This document shows positions 24,573 through 40,289 of a stretch of 64,000 nt of DNA, one piece after another. How positions within the stretch are numbered: the stretch's first letter is position 1; the number at the start of each line of letters is the position of its first letter. The notes under the pieces are model-generated. The model saw only the letters and a list, made by a program, of their open reading frames with translations, was not told where the DNA came from and searched no databases. The position numbers were made by a program, and so were the translations under genes. Origin of the DNA: Octopus vulgaris (taxonomy: Eukaryota); NCBI GenBank assembly GCA_951406725.2, contig OX597815.1, positions 67,084,001 to 67,148,000 on the forward strand, in the 5' to 3' direction.

Positions 24573-27500
24573 TATTATTATTTTTCTGACTTTTATAGAA
24601 TTGCAATCCACTACATCGAAAACCTACCCCAGTAAAATCTCGCAAAAGATATGCATTTTTTTTCTCCGAAAAGTTGTAAGACACCCGTCTCGCACCTCTT
24701 ATGCTAAGTTTCTCTGTGTCTCTCTGCTACTCTCTTTCATTCGATGTAAAAGTTTGACTGGAGAAACCAACCAACCAACCAGCCAACGTTTATATCGGCT
24801 GTTATTAAATAGAGATAAATTATTAATCAGGTTATTACCACCTTGTGAAATTACAGAGTCACCGATGTATTGGACTGCTAACTTGTGTGAGTAATTTTTA
24901 TTATTTGGTCCCAGGGCAACCATGATTGCACAGAGTTTACGATCAAAAGCTTTTCAGCTGTGACAATCTCATCTTTTTCCAGACACAGTGTAGCTATGAT
25001 GTGCATTTCCTTTTTATTTTTAGACAGTAGGGTCTAATTCGAGGGATATTTGCTTAGTATTCCAAATATCACTCGAATAACAACCTGCTGTCTTAAAAAG
25101 AAGTTCCTAAGTTAAATATACCCCAAACAAGGGTATGAAATATTTTGACACAACCGTTTGGCGCCACCAGTTTGGTGTTGTTGATTCGACGCTGACTTAT
25201 TTGACATCAGGCATTTTAATGTTTTTCTTGTTCTCCCACCTCTCTCTGTTTTGATGAGAGTGAACCCCTAGGTATGTTTGTGTGTATATGTAATGTCTTT
25301 CTCACTCTATCTCTCACTGTTTGTATTTGCAAATGTCTGTGTGCGCTAGCGTGCACGTGTGTGTGTGTGTTTGTGAATGTGTGAGTTGTTATTCTCCAGT
25401 GCCAAAGTGTGCTGTCACCAAAACATGTTGAATGTTCAGCCAGTCATGCTAAATCCTCAGCATTCAAGCAGTCCAACCAAATCATCTCATTTTGCTCCAC
25501 CCAAATACCCTACCGTCTTCAAAAGTGGTTATTTTAAACACCTCGAACGGTTGTGTAGAAGCTTCTACATTATTAGTTTAAATTCACTGTTGACATCACA
25601 TGATCTGTGAGCAAAGAGACATTATTTTATTATATATATTATACTTCCTCTAATTATTGGGAATAAACAGTGGCAGGCCCTCGGTTAAATTAACTGTTAT
25701 ATAACAGTGTCATATATAAGGAGATATTTCTGTTTCATCTTATTTAACGGTACAGAAATTAAAGTTACGGAAGTTACGTACAAAACCCTATAACATTGAG
25801 ATTCCACGTGATCCGTGAATGGATCGACAATTTTGTAACAATTTTATTAGTTTTGTCTTCTGACATCTAGCTTCTTGTTGCTGCCAATCCTCTTGTTCCT
25901 GTTCCTGTTGTTAATTTTGACGTTACCTAGAGTGATGAGTAAAGTGTTGAGAGAATATATATAGGCTACACCTCGCTACACACCCAGTTATTATATATTC
26001 ACCTTTCCTTTCATGAAGCTATGTTGAAGATAATCATAGCCATTCTTGCCTAAATATATTGTAACTACCTTCTTGAAATTCTTTGATTTTTGAGTTAATA
26101 TTAAAATGTAATTAGACTTTGAACATCCAACAGAATTGGGATTTCTTTCCACGATTCCACTCTAATTGAAATCTACACCATCTTCGACAGGAAAACTTCT
26201 CCTATAATCTGTTCGTTCCGGATCGGCTTTGCTAGATCGTGCTAAATCTGCATTTAATAATAGACAAGATCAATCGATTTGTTAAGTAAATGTAGCTATA
26301 TAGAGGATAAAACTGCATAAAAATGTTATGAAGTTCATGGTAGCATGAGAAGGTGGGTAAGAGGAAGAATGGTGAGAACTTTCCAGAAACCTGGCTACTT
26401 TAAGATCCTACTTTGAATTGAAGATATTAGAGACGATTATATATTCAACATGAAGACAGGCGCTGAGCATATAACTTGCTCAACTAGAACACTCTCTCAG
26501 GGAATATCTAGTTAAATGAAGGATTATAATCTCGACAATATGCATACTTATCAAACTGCTTGGTTGCAAATACTGACAAATATATAAAATATTTCATCTA
26601 AAGAATAAATTACAAGTATAATGTATAAAATCCGTTTGTCATGGGGGACTATGATCTCGACAAAATATGCACGGTATGCACACTTATCTACAAGTTTTCA
26701 TAACTATCTGGTTGAAAATTTTGATAAATGTATAAAATACTTTATTTAGTGTATAAATTACAAGTATAATGTATAAAATAATTTGTCTAATGTAGAAAAT
26801 ACAAGTTTTACGTAGTGAATACTATACCTTCAATGCATATTAATATTGGCGGAGTATTTCATCAGAAATAGTCATGAAAAGATTTATTGCCTTACATCCA
26901 CTTTTAGATGTGAATTTTAGAATTTTGTCCGTTTGCATATTTTTGGTTACCCTTTTTGCAAATATTCAAGTTGCACCCAACGGCATCCGCTGTACTCATC
27001 TCGAAGAGCCAACAGAAGTTATGAGGCTTGTTCCTTACTCAAATCATTAATTTAAAATTTTATTTAATTTCATTTTAAATCTAATGCCAAACTGGTACTA
27101 GACAGACCAGGAGATCACATGATATACTAAAATTGGGGGCGCCACAAGTAACTTACACAAAATTTCTTCATCCAATTAAAAACACGGACACTTAGTAATA
27201 GTGAGAGAGCAAGTCAGGTCACTTCCGAAACGAAAGATGGAGGGTATAAAGTGACATGGGCTGCGGGGCTTGTAGGATGTTATGACCTGTCACATGATTT
27301 AGCGTGAAATATTTTGAATTTGACCTTGTAACAAATTCACCAAGTTAAAACAATCTAAGGAAATTAGGTAGGTGGTCTGCATGGGCAAGATTTATATTAG
27401 TTACAAAAAAAGTAAGAAAGATTACACTGAAGTTACCGCGGAGAGTGGAATGTTCAAGGTTTATTCAGGGTAAAGTTGACAGGAAGATCAATTACAACCA

Positions 27501-28294
27501 CTTTCTCAAAAACAGATTTTGAAAACTCTGCCGTCTTTCTTTTATTTTCTTTCTCTCAACTAATCCCTGCACCCCCCACTAATCTCTGTCTGAAACACTG
27601 GTTATTTCACTCATTGCAGCAATTTCACTGTATTCTTTTTTTTCGCAAGTTAACTATAATTTTTCGACTGTGTTTTTCTAACCGTTGTGACGAGGGTGAT
27701 GACTGAAGGATGTTGTAGAAAAATATTGGAGAAGGAGGACCTCATTGCAGGACTGGGAGAGAGAGAGAAGCACACTGTAGGATCTGGGAAGAAGGACTCA
27801 AAAGCACACATTGTAGAGCCTGGGAAGAGGAGCTCAAATGGCACACATTGTAAGGCGGAAAGAGTGGGATTGCGCATTATGGGGATGACATAAGGAGGTG
27901 AAGATCCCTGGCATCTGTTCTGTTCAGATAGATGTTAGAAGAAAGAAATTTACGGTTCATATAGACGCCTTTAATAGGAATATCGGCACCTTGCGCATCG
28001 CAACAACTTTTAGCCATTAGACATTTGCAGCTACAAATCAACTGCTGCCATTAATGTACTGAACGTCAAAAGTTTGTATTATTTGAATATCACAAATCAC
28101 CCATCTTTTCACTCCGCCAGCACATTTCTGTGCGTGTCATAATGGATTTGGTGTTTAATGTTAAGTTTTCATTTTAACTTGTTCAGTTCATAAAATTTAT
28201 TTTTCTTTTTACATTGGCTTTCATTTTGGCAATGCTTTCAGTAATATTCAAAATATAATTCTTTAGAATCGTTTTAGAAACTTCGAGAGATACG

Positions 28295-28491
28295 AAGTAA
28301 ATTATTTTTAATGATGGAACTCATAGTAGATAAAGCTATAACTAATAGTGTGTAGAATATTGGGTTATAGTTTTGTGTCTCACCGACAGCATTTGACTTT
28401 TACCATCCTAGGGGTTTTTAACCCAATATTCTATACGCAATTATTTATAGATTTATCTACTTCGAGGTCCATCGTTAAAAATAATTTGCTT
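28295..28491. repeat. Imperfect inverted repeat (~70-bp arms), MITE-like
   Basis: aagtaaattatttttaatgatgga...tagaatattgggtta pairs with taacccaatattcta...tccatcgttaaaaataatttgctt. Confidence 0.75.
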
Positions 28492-28924
28492 GTAACTTTT
28501 TAGTATTTGGAAACCATATTTTGGAAGTTGCTTTAGATTACTAATCTAAACTAAATTGTGTCTTTTGTATCATCACTAAAATATTTTTTACCCAAATATG
28601 CATATTTGCTTGAAAACTTATGCATTGTACTGCTGTTTTAGAGAGAAAAAAAGTTACTTTTGTCATTCGACGATTCGTAGTTAAAGAGGGTAGGTATACC
28701 AACATAAATTAATGAGTAAATAAACAAAGTAATGTAAATTTCCTTGAAAATACCATGTACAACATAATTTTTCACTTGTGTAACGATAATTAAACATCGC
28801 TTTCAAAGTCTCCACAAATATGCGCAATCGCATGCCAATCTGAATTCTATATATACTGATATTAAATAGAATGTTAGAATATATATAAACCTACAACTAT
28901 GCCAGTGGCAAAGTCATCAGACAC

Positions 28925-29080
28925 AGGCATTGCCGTGTGGTTGAGAAGCTAACTTTGCAACCACGTGCTTTCGGGTTTAGTCCCACAGTGCGGCACCTTG
29001 GGCAAGTGTCTTCTACTATAGCCCCGAGTCGACCAATGCTTTGTGAGTAAATCTGGAAGGCGGAAACCGCGTGGAAGCAT
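28925..29080 (+). mobile_element. tRNA/CORE-type SINE 5' part
   Basis: 'gcaccttgggcaagtgtcttctactatagcc' core. Confidence 0.8.
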
Positions 29081-29154
29081 ATTTTATACATACATACATA
29101 CATACATACATACATACATACATACATACATACATACATACATACATACATACA

Positions 29155-30555
29155 TGATGGCTGCCCCCTCGTTATCGAGTATGGCCATTGTACGAAGTTT
29201 AACTGTTATTGGTGCTATGATCGAATGTCACTTTTTAGCCCAGCTAAAGATCTACAATGTCTTGTACAGAATTGGCAACTAAAACCTTTACTGGAAATAG
29301 CCGGCTGTAGTTGTAACTGGGATTCATGTACCTTTGCATGTCGTTTAAGTCCTCCTGCCAAATTACACTCTCTTCCACATGCCCGACAGATATGATTAGT
29401 ATGGTGTGTTACACCACCACCAGTGGCCAGGTTGTCACTCATCTGTTTCGCTTTATGACTACGAAGATGACTCTTGAGTCCAGCTTTATTGAGGCAGGGT
29501 CTTGCACAGACACTGGATGTCAGCATCATAGGAAGACCCTTCCCATCTGGAAGTGTAACAGCGATGCCCTTCCTGACGTCCCTCCTTACTTTCTCATGTG
29601 CAACTCGAGATTTCTCAAAAGTAGCTGTCCCCTCGTGCACAATCCTTCTCCACCTGCTACGATCAATAGCTATGCCTTCCCACGTGTCAGGAGAGATGCA
29701 AGCATCTCTTAAGGAAGCCTTCAGCAAGTCCTTATACCTCTTTTTTGGTTTATGTGGGGGTCGTTCTCCTTTAGCTAACTCTCCATAAAAGAGTTGTTTT
29801 GGCATCCTTGTATCCTTCATCCTGACCAGATGACCACTCCATCTGAGCCTTTGCTTTAACAAAAGAGCTTCTATACTTTCACACCGAGAGCCTTCCAATA
29901 TTTCAAGATCACTGATGCGGTCCTTCCACTTAATGCCATAGATCCGTCTGAGACACATCTGATGGAAACGTTCCAGTTGTTTAAGGTGGTATCAATATGT
30001 GACCCACGTCTCGCAGGCATAGAGATGAGAAGGGAGCACACATGCCTTGTACACCTTTACCTTTGTCTTTCTGCATATGTCTCGCCGACTCCAGAAGCGC
30101 TTTTCTAGCCTTCCGAAAGCAACACTTGCTTTCCTAATTCTATATGGCATTTCATCATCCAAATTGCTATATCTATTAATAGTAATTCCCAGGTAGACAA
30201 ACTGATCAACTACATCAAGTCGTTTACCATACACATAGATATTTGGTACACTATACTGCTTACCAGGGCCAGGTTGGTACATGACAACAGTTTTCTTGAG
30301 ATTGACTATCAATGCTAAGGCAGTGCAAGCATCAGAGAATGCATTCAAAATGTGTTGCATATCAATCTGTGTGTGTGCTACTAGCTCACAATCATATGCA
30401 TACAAAAGATCTCTTATGATAGAGGTAAATACCTTTGTTTTTGCAGCAAAGCGTCCGATATTAAATATGCTGCCAGAGGTTCGATAATGGATGTAAACAC
30501 CGTATCTGCAGTTTCTGAATGCAATACAGAACACCATCGCAAAATATATGGCAGT
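29155..30555 (-). mobile_element. RTE-clade LINE, 5'-truncated, with C-terminal C2H2-like fingers
   Basis: IRDLLYAYD (YADD), FVYLGITI, LYACETW, RLRWSGHLVRM..RMPKQLFYGEL; short 3' stem-loop; (TACA)n on both sides. Confidence 0.92.
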
Positions 30556-30582
30556 ACATACATACATACATACATACATACA

Positions 30583-30618
<36 letters not shown>

Positions 30619-30666
30619 TATTTAAATGTTGAAGTGAAAACTACAAACATCTTCCACGCTGCAATT

Positions 30667-30735
<69 letters not shown>

Positions 30736-30989
30736 GCTGACGTCATAAGAATGTATAAACTTTCGAAAATACGCGAAATAATCTTTAATTGGAACAGTGG
30801 ATCATGAAGGACACAAAGCCATAAATAATATCATGTAAATATTGGGTTGGAGAACACTCTTGGATAGAAAGAGTCGAAGGATGCCTGTGGGACACGAATT
30901 AGCATCTGCTCTAGACATGAGACATGATACGGGCAGCCTCCGACCTTTTCTATTCAACCCTATATTTACATGCTATTATTTATAGGTTT

Positions 30990-32050
<1,061 letters not shown>

Positions 32051-32319
32051 AAGGAAAGAAGATAAAATGGCACTAGACAAGTCAAACAATATTCCCTCTC
32101 CACGTGTGTGTCTGAATTTTGATAACTAAATAAACCATTTTCCTCTGCTTTATTCATTATCCAATCATCTGATGGGATCTAATTTGTGATTTTCTTTTAT
32201 CTTTCACCTTTGTGTTTCTTCAGTATAACACAAATAACTTCTTGTTTTTTGTAATGTTATATTTGTATTTTCTTTAGTCATTTGTACTGAACTATTATTA
32301 TCATCATTATCATTATTAG

Positions 32320-33146
32320 AGCGACGACATACTAGGAGAGGTCCTTTGCCTTGAGGGAGATCAACTGGCTGGTCTCTTCAAGAGGACTTTCGGACTGGGA
32401 ACTATGAACAACTTCCAGATATCCCTAGCCTGGCTGTGCTAACAGGGGACGCTGCTGGTTCGAGATAAGTTCTACAGGCACGGGTGTGCTGTCAGTTGGG
32501 CTTGTCCGAGATGCACGCGGAGCGATGAAACCGTTCTGCATGCTCTCGTACAGTGTCCGCGCATTGCTGACTTGTGGAGCTTTATTGAACAGCTATTGTC
32601 ACGTTATGACACATATCTGGCTACCGTCCGAGTCCGTTGTGAAGATCGCCCTGCCTCCTTTCTTTGGCCGGGAAGGGAGGGCAATTTTTCTCTGTCTAGT
32701 GGCTATAGCAAAAAAAGTTGTGTGGTGGACGCAATTGAAAAGGTTGAAGACGGGTACCTTCCTCTTTGGCCAAGTCCTTATTGACTTTTTCAGGTTCCAC
32801 CTTAAAAGGAAGGTGAGGCTGGAGAGGGAGGTACTGTTACCCAGTAAATTCGTTGAAAGGTGGTTGAATGTAACAAGAATGGCCCGCGTGAATGGGCCTT
32901 CTCTAAGTGTGCGCCTGTAGGCCTGATGGAAGGGAGAAGAGAGGGTGTCTTCCCGAGGAGCCGTTAGTGTTAAGAGGTCCAAAGTGTGAGAAGTTTCTTT
33001 GGTCACTTTGCGGTGGAGCTCACCCCTATTGGGAAAGTATATCGTTGATATAATTTCTTTGTTTACACGTTTAACCTCACTGTCCCTCGTCTGTGTATCG
33101 TCCTCTATATTCTGTGTTCGGCTCTGATGGCCAATGAATAAAGAAT
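32320..33146 (+). mobile_element. L1/Tx1-clade LINE 3' fragment
   Basis: CCHC zf-RVT motif CPRCTRSDETVLHALVQC; ORF end at 32920; 3' UTR with AATAAA then (ATT)n. Confidence 0.8.
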
Positions 33147-33148
33147 TA

Positions 33149-33216
<68 letters not shown>

Positions 33217-33355
33217 GACTTTGCCTTTTATCCTTTCGGGGTCGATTAAGTTAGTACCAATTCCGCACTAGGTCCTATGTAATCGACTGAATCCCTTTCC
33301 CCAAATTTGAAGCTTTGTGCTTCCAGTAGAAAGGATTATTATTATTATTATTATT

Positions 33356-33387
<32 letters not shown>

Positions 33388-34352
33388 CTGATAATAGTTT
33401 TGCAGCAGTTTTTATACTAGTTTTTATTTATTCTTTTTGCAGCTGCAATAAAATTTATCCTGTAGCTTTGATAATTATAATCTACTGGTGTTGCCTTTGG
33501 GTGATTTTCGAAAATTAAATCTAATTTCTCTGTCTAGTTTTATTACATCACATATCTTTAATTGAATCATTTAAAAACTTCTGTTTTTATTGGCCAAGCT
33601 AATTCACTCATTTCTACTACTTTGTTTTCCATGATTAATTCTTCAATGAGAATTTTATTTGTCTATAAATTAGATTCCCTCCTAATTTCGTTCATCATTT
33701 GTGAGTGCTGTAGTAGCCTAAATTGTGTTGTTCAGCATTTTCTTATATTCAAAGTGGATTTAGTTCATTTTTTCTAGCTTCATTTTCATTATTACTTTCA
33801 GTCGTTGCACATCGAGTTGCTTAACCATCATCTTATATTATATTAAAGTGCTAACGACAGATTCCTACGATGTAAACAATCAGTCACGCTAATCTGTACT
33901 CTGTGTAAAGATGATAAAAGTGTGCGTGCGATGGAGAGAGAGAGAGAGAGAGAAAGAGAAAGAAAGGAGGGGGAGACAGAAAGGGAGAGAGAAGGCGAAA
34001 GAAAGAGGGAAGATTTAAACGAATACTATTCGCACATACACATACCAGTACGAGCGGTAGTGGCGCGCACACATACATACATACATACACACAGACATCT
34101 TTTTAAATTGTGGAATAACCTCGGGGTGGCTAGTGTTGTTTTAAATTACTAACAAGACAATAGAGTGTAGCTTAGCGATTTATAACTGTCAACAATTTTG
34201 GTATAATAGCTATGAGTACCATCACTAAATAAATAAAAATCGGCGGCAGATGTTCTTAAGTAATTTCCTTCACTACGACGAAGGTGTTAGCTCATAGCAA
34301 CTTTTGACTATTTGTTTAAATGTGAGGCCTACTTATTAATTTTATGTTTCGT

Positions 34353-34400
<48 letters not shown>

Positions 34401-34434
34401 TTAATAATAACAATAATAATAATAATAATAATAA

Positions 34435-35100
34435 TCCTATCTACTAAAGGCACAAGGCCTGAAGTTGTAGGGAGGGAACTAGTCGATTATATCGACCCCA
34501 TTGTTTCACTGGTACTTAATTTATCAACCCCAAAAGATGAAAGGCAAAGTCGACTTCAGCAGAAATTGAACTCAGAACGTAGCAAATTTTTTAATAATAA
34601 TAATAACGACAATCCTTTCTACTAAAGGTACAAAACCTGAAATTTGTGGGGAGGGTTCTGGTCGATTCAAAAGGATGAAAGGCCAAGTCGCCCCCGGCGG
34701 TATTTGAACTCAGAACATGAAGGCAGACGGTGTTGCATTCACAATCGTATGATTGTGGTTTCGATTTCTGGACAAGGGGATGCGTTGTGTTCTTGAGCAA
34801 AACATTTTATTTCACATTGTTTCAGTTCACTTACCTACCTTCGATGGACCGGCATTCCTTCTAGGCCCATAACACCACTTTCTCAGATTCTGGCTTGGGA
34901 AAGGCTTTTTTTTTTTATTAACGAAGAAATGAAAGCGATGAGGTGACAGATTCGTTTACATACCGGATAAAATGCTTAGCGGCACGTCTTTTCGTTCTGA
35001 TTCAATTCCGCCGAAGTCGATTTTGCTTTTTGTCTGGGGTCGATGTAAGTGATTAAACCTTCCTCACCAAATTCCAGCCCGTGTGCTTATTGTAGAAAGA
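34435..35100. mobile_element. Cluster of tRNA-derived SINE fragments (both strands)
   Basis: Repeated 'gatgaaaggcaaagtcgac...tgaactcagaac' family matches. Confidence 0.75.
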
Positions 35101-35812
35101 ATTATTTATGAAGAAATGTAATTTTAAAATTTAATTTGCTTGTTTGTTCATGAGATATTGATAGATTCTAGAGAAATCTCTATGCCACAGGTTCGATTCT
35201 CAAACGTCGATAATGACATTGAAAAGGGTTTCTGGTGTAGACTCAAGGTCAACAGCTTTGGAAGGGAGGGGAAAGGTTATTTGATACAATCGACCCTGTA
35301 CTGGACAGTTACATTATTTTATTGACTCCGAAGGGATTATCGGCAAAGTCGATACCAGTGGGAAAGGGATGCAGAACGTAAAGAATCGGAAAAAAAGGCA
35401 TTTTATTCGATGTTTTAACGATTCTGACAGCTTAGTAATATCACTGACAAAAAATATTAACATAACAGTATCTATTTCTATCTATCTATCCTTGAAGTCA
35501 ATAGGGATTATTAAACAATGTAGCGTGAATGTAAATATGAATTCTTTCTCAATTTTGAGTACCTTTCAAGAGGTTTAGACTCTTTTGCTATAGAATACGT
35601 GAAGTAGCGCAGACAAGATTTGAACTTGTGACGTTTTCTGCCTCCACGTCACGATCTACTGATCAAGTCAGGTGTGTTTGGTGAAATTACGGAAATCAAA
35701 TAAACATACACCAAGTGCTATGCCAATAATACGCGAGTTATACGTACCATTATCTCTATTTATATTAGTTCTATTGTTTTGGATTATGATATGTCTATCC
35801 ACATATCGATAT

Positions 35813-36010
35813 AAAGGCGGCGAGCCGGAAGAATGTTTAGTACGCTGGGCAAAATGCTTAGCGGTATTTCGTACGTTTTAACATTCTGAGTTCAAATTCC
35901 GCTGTGGTCGACTTTGCTTTCCATCCTTTTGAGTTCGATAAATTAAGTACCAAAGTACCAGTTAAACACTTGGTCGATGTAATCGAACTTGCTGGCCTTG
36001 TGCCAAAATT
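35813..36010 (+). mobile_element. tRNA-derived SINE
   Basis: 'aaggcggcgagcc...ttctgagttcaaattccgctgtggtcgactttgc'. Confidence 0.85.
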
Positions 36011-36097
36011 TATCAGACGGGTAGTCATGATGGGTATACTGGGCTTCGTATATTTTACCCCAGTGTCACTTTGATGGCATGCTCTGCTCGCTCACTC

Positions 36098-36134
<37 letters not shown>

Positions 36135-38247
36135 TCCGCAGCCGCAATTCTAGGGATAGGATCCCAATGACCGATATTGAATCGGTGTTTAGCTGAAAAT
36201 GGTCATATACAAATGTACAATAATGACGGAAACTAATAACATCATTTACATTGGATGCTCTGTACATTTGAAAAAAACGCATAGATAACCATTTTTCGTC
36301 TTTTAAAGCCAACAGTACTTCATTATCTATGAAAACCAGGGAACTCAAGGATAGTAATAGTGAATTTAGCCTAAAATGGTAGAGCTCAACCATGCAAAAA
36401 TAGCCGATATGGATGTGAATTATGCTGTATGGAGATTTATGAAAATTTAAAATATAGAGATAAGCAAAACATAATAAATAATAAATTAGACCTTAGAGTA
36501 TCTTGTGTACATAAGATTACCCGTACCTTCAATTACTTTAGAAGCAGATAATAATAAGCACATCATACTATGATTTGGTAGTATGAGTTATCCGGGTTGT
36601 CATATTATTCATAACATACCCTCTATTATCTAAAAATATATGTAATATTGCTCTCTAGTAACCCCTAACCATTTTAATCTGCATTCCTTCAATATTTATA
36701 TTACATATATTCCCCTTCGGTACTAGGATTTTCTTCCCCTATAGTTATAATATATAAATTTGCAACGGATTACTAAATCTTGCGCCTCCCCTAAGTATAA
36801 GGTATACTCCCTAGGAATTGTTATTATCCTACATAAATTACTGTCTCTGATATATTTTACAAATATTTTATAAACCCATTTCCAAAGATATCTTTATCTT
36901 TATTTATTCTTTAATTAACATTTGTCATGCATACCTTGACTTATCCTAATTCTTCATGTCTCCCTTTCTTTTGTTTTATCTCGGTTATACCTTTTATATC
37001 ATTCGCAATGAAATATTTTATAAATTCTTTATAAAAAATTCTTATATAAAAATATTTTCTTTTATTTTTATATTTTTTATATCTTATATTATTAAATTTT
37101 TATATATATCTATATACCCTCCCATATACTTGTGTAGCTTTTACAGATTGTTGAAAGGTTTATAATTTCTTTAAAACTCACTGTATAATACAATATTATA
37201 TTTATATTTATAATTACACTTTATGCTTCATAAACTTTATAAATTTTCTATATAGATGTGATATTTTTATACTTTCTTATATCCTTTCATAATTTTTTCA
37301 TAGTGCCTGTAATCGATAAATAATTTTTTTTTACAAGATTTAGTATACCGCTAATTTAATTACTCCTTACATTCGATTTCATATTTTCAATATCTTATAC
37401 TGTAATGAGGATAATAATCCTTGTTTTGATTTAATATATACTATGTATTCCAATACAAATGATAACTTAGTTCATTTATAAATTCATTGTGGATTGGTTT
37501 CATCATGACCACCAGAAGAATATGTTTAGGAAAGGCCTTATGAACTTTCTCTTATATATCAAAGTACCCCATTATTAAGTTTTAAGTTTAATTTCTATCC
37601 TTTTCATATATATTGATCTAAAATTCTTTTCTAAATTTAATATAATAAATTTGCTAAGTTATGAATTACTACATCCCGTATCCTTCAGTTCTAATTCCCA
37701 CCCTTAGAGCTTATTTTTACCTATTTCATTTTTCACTATATTCCCCTTTTATTTAATAATCTAAATAAGTACTAGCTACCTCTATCCTTCCTTCTTCTAG
37801 TTATCACCTCTTCCCCATCAGTGATTCTCTCACTAGCAGCTCTGAGTCATATCCTTTTATGTAGTTAAAGCTAGATATATGATCCCTGTAAAATAAGTCT
37901 GGGAAGTTGTCTAAGATTAATTTATTTGTCACCATCAACTAGAAGATTGCTGACAACTCCCAATGGATTTAACTCTAAATGGTTGTAGATTATATGCTGC
38001 ATAAAATCATATAAATAAAAATAATAATAAATATAAATAACTATCTCACCACTCCTATATCTTGACCCCCACTATTTTCCTCTGCCACTCTCTAAATTAT
38101 TGTAGGCTTAATATGCGTTATTCTCTAAATTCATTTTGCCATAAATATAATATAAGGAAACACTGTAATCACTTTGGTTTCTAGTACTGATATAAATTTG
38201 CTAAAAGTTTGTTTATCCTTTATGTTGGTAATCTCTATGGCCATCTA

Positions 38248-38330
38248 CTTCCGAAGAGAGCGGTTTCTTTCAAATTGATGTAATGTTTTCATTCATCGAT
38301 TAAATGGAGCCGCTTGAAACGACCGCAATG
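38248..38330 (+). ncRNA. Degenerate hammerhead motif (C4 core, long stem II)
   Basis: CCGAAGA-GAGCGGTTTC...GGAGCCGCTT-GAAAC-GACC-GCA: 10-bp stem II including G-U pairs; cleavage triplet mutated. Confidence 0.5.
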
Positions 38331-38474
38331 CATTGATACCTGGACATCCTTGTTATTTATTTGCATTTTGTTTACCAAACTTCGAACTGTGCGCTACTAT
38401 AACGAACTGGCTTGGTGCCTCAATTTAAGTACCTAATTCAACTGAATCTTAATCATACATACATACACACACAC

Positions 38475-38518
<44 letters not shown>

Positions 38519-38520
<2 letters not shown>

Positions 38521-38710
38521 CGGAGATGTACTCGCATAGCAAGTGATTTGATCTGAGATCGTGCGCTGAAACGAAAACAATTGCAGTGTGGAAGGTGTTT
38601 GTAAGCCATTTAAGAAACACACAAAAGCCGTTCGATTCACTTCAACATTTAAGTTTAATTTGTCAAAATATTTTCGTCGCTAAAATCCGCGACCTGTTTA
38701 CTGACAAAAA
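38519..38710 (-). mobile_element. Penelope-type terminal repeat, second locus of the 41953-42275 family
   Basis: Near-identical to the reverse complement of 42093-42275; in (TA)n; HHR-like fold at 38659-38708 with core GTAAACA. Confidence 0.75.
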
Positions 38711-38732
38711 TATATATATGTATGTGTGTGTG

Positions 38733-38796
<64 letters not shown>

Positions 38797-38799
<3 letters not shown>

Positions 38800-39066
38800 T
38801 TATTATAAAAGGCAGATTTTATCTGCCTCCCTTTGGGAGTTATACAAATCTACAATATAGGATTTCTTCAATTACAATTTACCTAGCAATTTTAAGAGTA
38901 CAATGCATCGCGTCATGCCAGCTCCAGTTTTTTAAATTTAAACTCCAATTAAGCAAAATTTACAGAAAACTCACATTCTGGTGTGTGTGTCAAATGCTTT
39001 TCTTAGTCTGGTTTACATCACACGCAAACGCACACACACAGTGGGCAACGAATAAAATGAAAGTAA
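38797..39066 (+). mobile_element. Helitron-like 5' fragment, duplicated at 40927-41195
   Basis: TC...TATAAAA start; near-identical to 40927-41195. Confidence 0.6.
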
Positions 39067-39255
39067 ATAGTACAGAGTATTTGAGGAAGACTTATTCTGT
39101 CCATGAACGCTGATAGATACATGAGTAAAATGTATGGGAAGCTAACAGCTAAGAGTGAGTGAAAATGTTCTTGGAAGAGAGTAATTAGTAATAAAGTAAA
39201 CATACACTCATACATACATACATACATACATACATACATACATACATACATACAT

Positions 39256-39286
<31 letters not shown>

Positions 39287-39523
39287 TACACACACACATA
39301 CATACACACACACATACATACATACACACATACATACATACATACATATACATACATACATACATACATATACATACATACATACACACACACATACACA
39401 CACACATACACACACACACAGTATTGAAGCTTGAGAACAATCAGATACATTTGCAACACATCTGTTGAAAATATTGTTATTCACACACATACATATACAT
39501 ATATACAGACAGACAGACAGATA

Positions 39524-39557
<34 letters not shown>

Positions 39558-39684
39558 ATCCAGCATGGCCACAACCTCAAGGCTGAAACATATAAAAGAA
39601 TAACAGAATATAAATGTGTGCATGTGTGTGAGAGAGAGAGTGTGTGTGTATATGTATGTATGTATGTATGTATGTATATATATA

Positions 39685-40270
39685 TAATAAGCGGTTTTTC
39701 AACAGCTTGAACTAAAAGTCAGAGGGGAATGGGATAAACTACTTATATTAACTTGCTATAAAAGCAGGTAGTAATTTTATCTTGTCCTTATTCATAGTGC
39801 AAGTTTTGAAGAGTGCATTTCGATTTTAACAGCTATTTTTTTCAAAGCTATGTTGGAAGTAACAAAGCATATTTGGCATATTTTGCTTTATGAGTTCAAT
39901 AAAGACAACAACGCAACGGAAAGTACAAGAAATATTAATGCAGTATATGGGATTGGACAATAAGCGTAAGGCAGTGTCAATGGTGGTTCCAGAAATTCCG
40001 AGCCATAAACTACAGCCTAGAAGACGAGCCTCATCCTGAAAGATCTGTAGAACTCGACAAGGACATCCTGAAAACCCTGGTGGAACAAAATCTCATCGTA
40101 ACTGTTGAGGAACTAGCAGAGAAGCTTGGATTTGGTCATTCAACCATTCATTGACACCTGTGTGCTATCGGAAAAGTCAGCAAATTGGGTCAATGGGTTC
40201 CTCACGAACTTTCCGAGTCTAATTGCATGCAGAGAGTGAATGTATGCTTTTCTTTGCTGTCACATCTCAC
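39685..40270 (+). mobile_element. mariner 5' fragment
   Basis: HIWHILLYEFNK..NATES.RNINAVYG and GQWVPHELSESN; related to the 23306 element. Confidence 0.85.
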
Positions 40271-40289
40271 CACTACTGCGCTATGTATA

